A stretch of 62,754 nucleotides of DNA, counting the filler, from Circinaria calcarea (taxonomy: Eukaryota): the NCBI GenBank assembly GCA_051942165.1. It is 18 parts of 18 records of this genome, joined end to end, with 100 filler letters (N's around TTAATTAATTAA, not from the genome) between each part and the next. Parts side by side here need not be neighbours in the genome. Positions count along the whole stretch, not along the records: positions 59,382 to 62,754 come from JAVECS010002868.1; 17 more parts are not named here. One strand, 5' to 3'. The notes beneath the pieces were generated by a model that ran no database searches, was not told the origin of the DNA, and worked only from the letters and a program-made list of their open reading frames with translations. This document shows, piece by piece, positions 61,436-62,754 of this stretch. How positions within the stretch are numbered: the first letter of the stretch is position 1; each line of letters starts with the position of its first letter. The position numbers and the translations under genes were made by a program.

Positions 61436-62754
61436 CTTTTGCTGAGACACGTTTTGGAAATTGTAGCTTAGAAAGACTGGAGACTTGTAACCCAAAAAGA
61501 AAGAAAAAAGCTTTCAGAGTATGGCTGTGATATCCAATCTCATCGGGAAGTGGCAGAAATCGCAGGGTTCTTATATACTTTGTACTCGTGTAGAAGAATT
61601 TATCTCCAGCACCTCTCTCACTTCATCCTCGGACCTCCCAAAAAAACCCCACAACTGCGGACGCGCAATGCAATTGTAGAAGACATCCACCCGGAGAGAA
61701 AACGTAAGCCGGTTTTACGGCGCAACCAATTGGAGACGAAGAAAGAAAAAGGAGACCATGTCAGATTATTTCCCTAAAAAGTGGCGTCGAGGGGGAAGTT
61801 CAACGGCCAAGCAGCGGTGAAATTCGTGGACTTGGGTACCAAAACCAGTTCCGGCAGGGAAAAAAAGGGAAAAAAAGGGAAAAGGGGAAAGCCTTGGCTT
61901 GCCCAGGGCGGCCGCGCACGCACCGGGCGCCTTCGCCTTTTGGATAAATATTGAATACGACGCAGCCAATTGGGAGGTTCCGGTGGGATTTCTTTGTTTA
62001 TTGCTCGGGGGATGTTTATTGTAGGCGCGGAAATAATTGTACTCCAGCCCGTACCTCCCCTACTCACTAGAAAAAACCCCGCTTGCCGAGCAATAACATA
62101 TAGGTTCCGTTGTTTTATTAAACACTGGGAAGCATATGCTTCATTATGCTATGCTAGTGGGGGACTTTTCTTCTAGGGGTCCAATACGGAAAGGATGGGT
62201 GGGATATTCCCAGCGGGAAAAAACCAATGGTATCATATGCCTATATCTATTAAAAGCTTAGGGTGTGGTATGGTATGGTATCAGTTTGCCCCCGGCTCTT
62301 CCGTATGGTACATGACAGATTTCCCTTACCATATAGCAAATCAAGCGAAAAAAACCTTTTTCCAGAATGAGAATTGAGGCTTTTTACCTTCCTTTCTCCG
62401 ATAACCATAGGAAACCCCTCCCTTCCCAAGGAGCTTCCTCGTTTATTTTTAAATCTTCTTCAGTACTCCCGGAGTTAAGGGAAAGAAATACTGGTACGAT
62501 AGGCACACGAAACCGGAACCATGGATCATAGGAACGTAAACATACGGAACGGACTTTGTCAAACATCGGAAGAACCCCAAGACCCCAAGACCCTATATCA
62601 AAGGCACACAAAAGGTATATAAATACATGTATCAATTTTATTAATTGGACGGACCTGAGACTGAGACTTGAGACTTGAGACCCCCAAACCAAACGATCTA
62701 CGTCTCTGATTCTACCTACGGTTGCTCTCCCCTCCCCCTCCCCCGAGAATCCCT

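Noticed and set aside
1..62754. rRNA, snRNA, TPP riboswitch, ribozyme, transposase or reverse transcriptase
   Set aside because: No diagnostic motifs seen by eye; an Infernal/Rfam and HMM scan would be needed to exclude them.

Overview
This window is eukaryotic, not prokaryotic. It is filamentous ascomycete (Pezizomycotina) DNA with short GT-AG introns and CTRAY branch sites; a lichen-type (Lecanoromycetes) source is my guess. It is also not one locus: 18 contigs of 3409 down to 3373 bp, sorted by decreasing length, are joined by 17 identical 100-nt linkers (N44-TTAATTAATTAA-N44), so adjacency across linkers means nothing. Recognisable genes, many cut by contig ends: DDHD phospholipase, ZZZ3/Ahc2-like protein, AAA+ ATPase, Pex16, two fungal transcription factors (one RfeC-like C2H2), PLPBP/YggS, Lsm2, MeaB-like bZIP, HYPK, class II DAHP synthase, PTH11-like membrane protein, Vps62, RED-like protein, ureidoglycolate lyase, Pho8, nitronate monooxygenase, Gts1-like ArfGAP, Oxa1, a Baeyer-Villiger monooxygenase, a HET-domain protein, AP-2 beta adaptin and an intron-containing tRNA-Lys(CTT). 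Most interesting: (1) an orphan gene that appears to encode FHA + catalytically dead kinase + KilA-N/APSES-like domains; (2) a 115-bp TG...CA insertion with a 4-bp target-site duplication in a carboxylesterase pseudogene, carrying its own frame-restoring splice sites and with a relative on another contig; (3) three unrelated TA-flanked MITE-like elements; (4) abutting LTR-like sequences with possible RIP leakage into a host gene; (5) a secreted ependymin/LolA-like protein. All family calls come from recognising motifs by eye; no searches were run.
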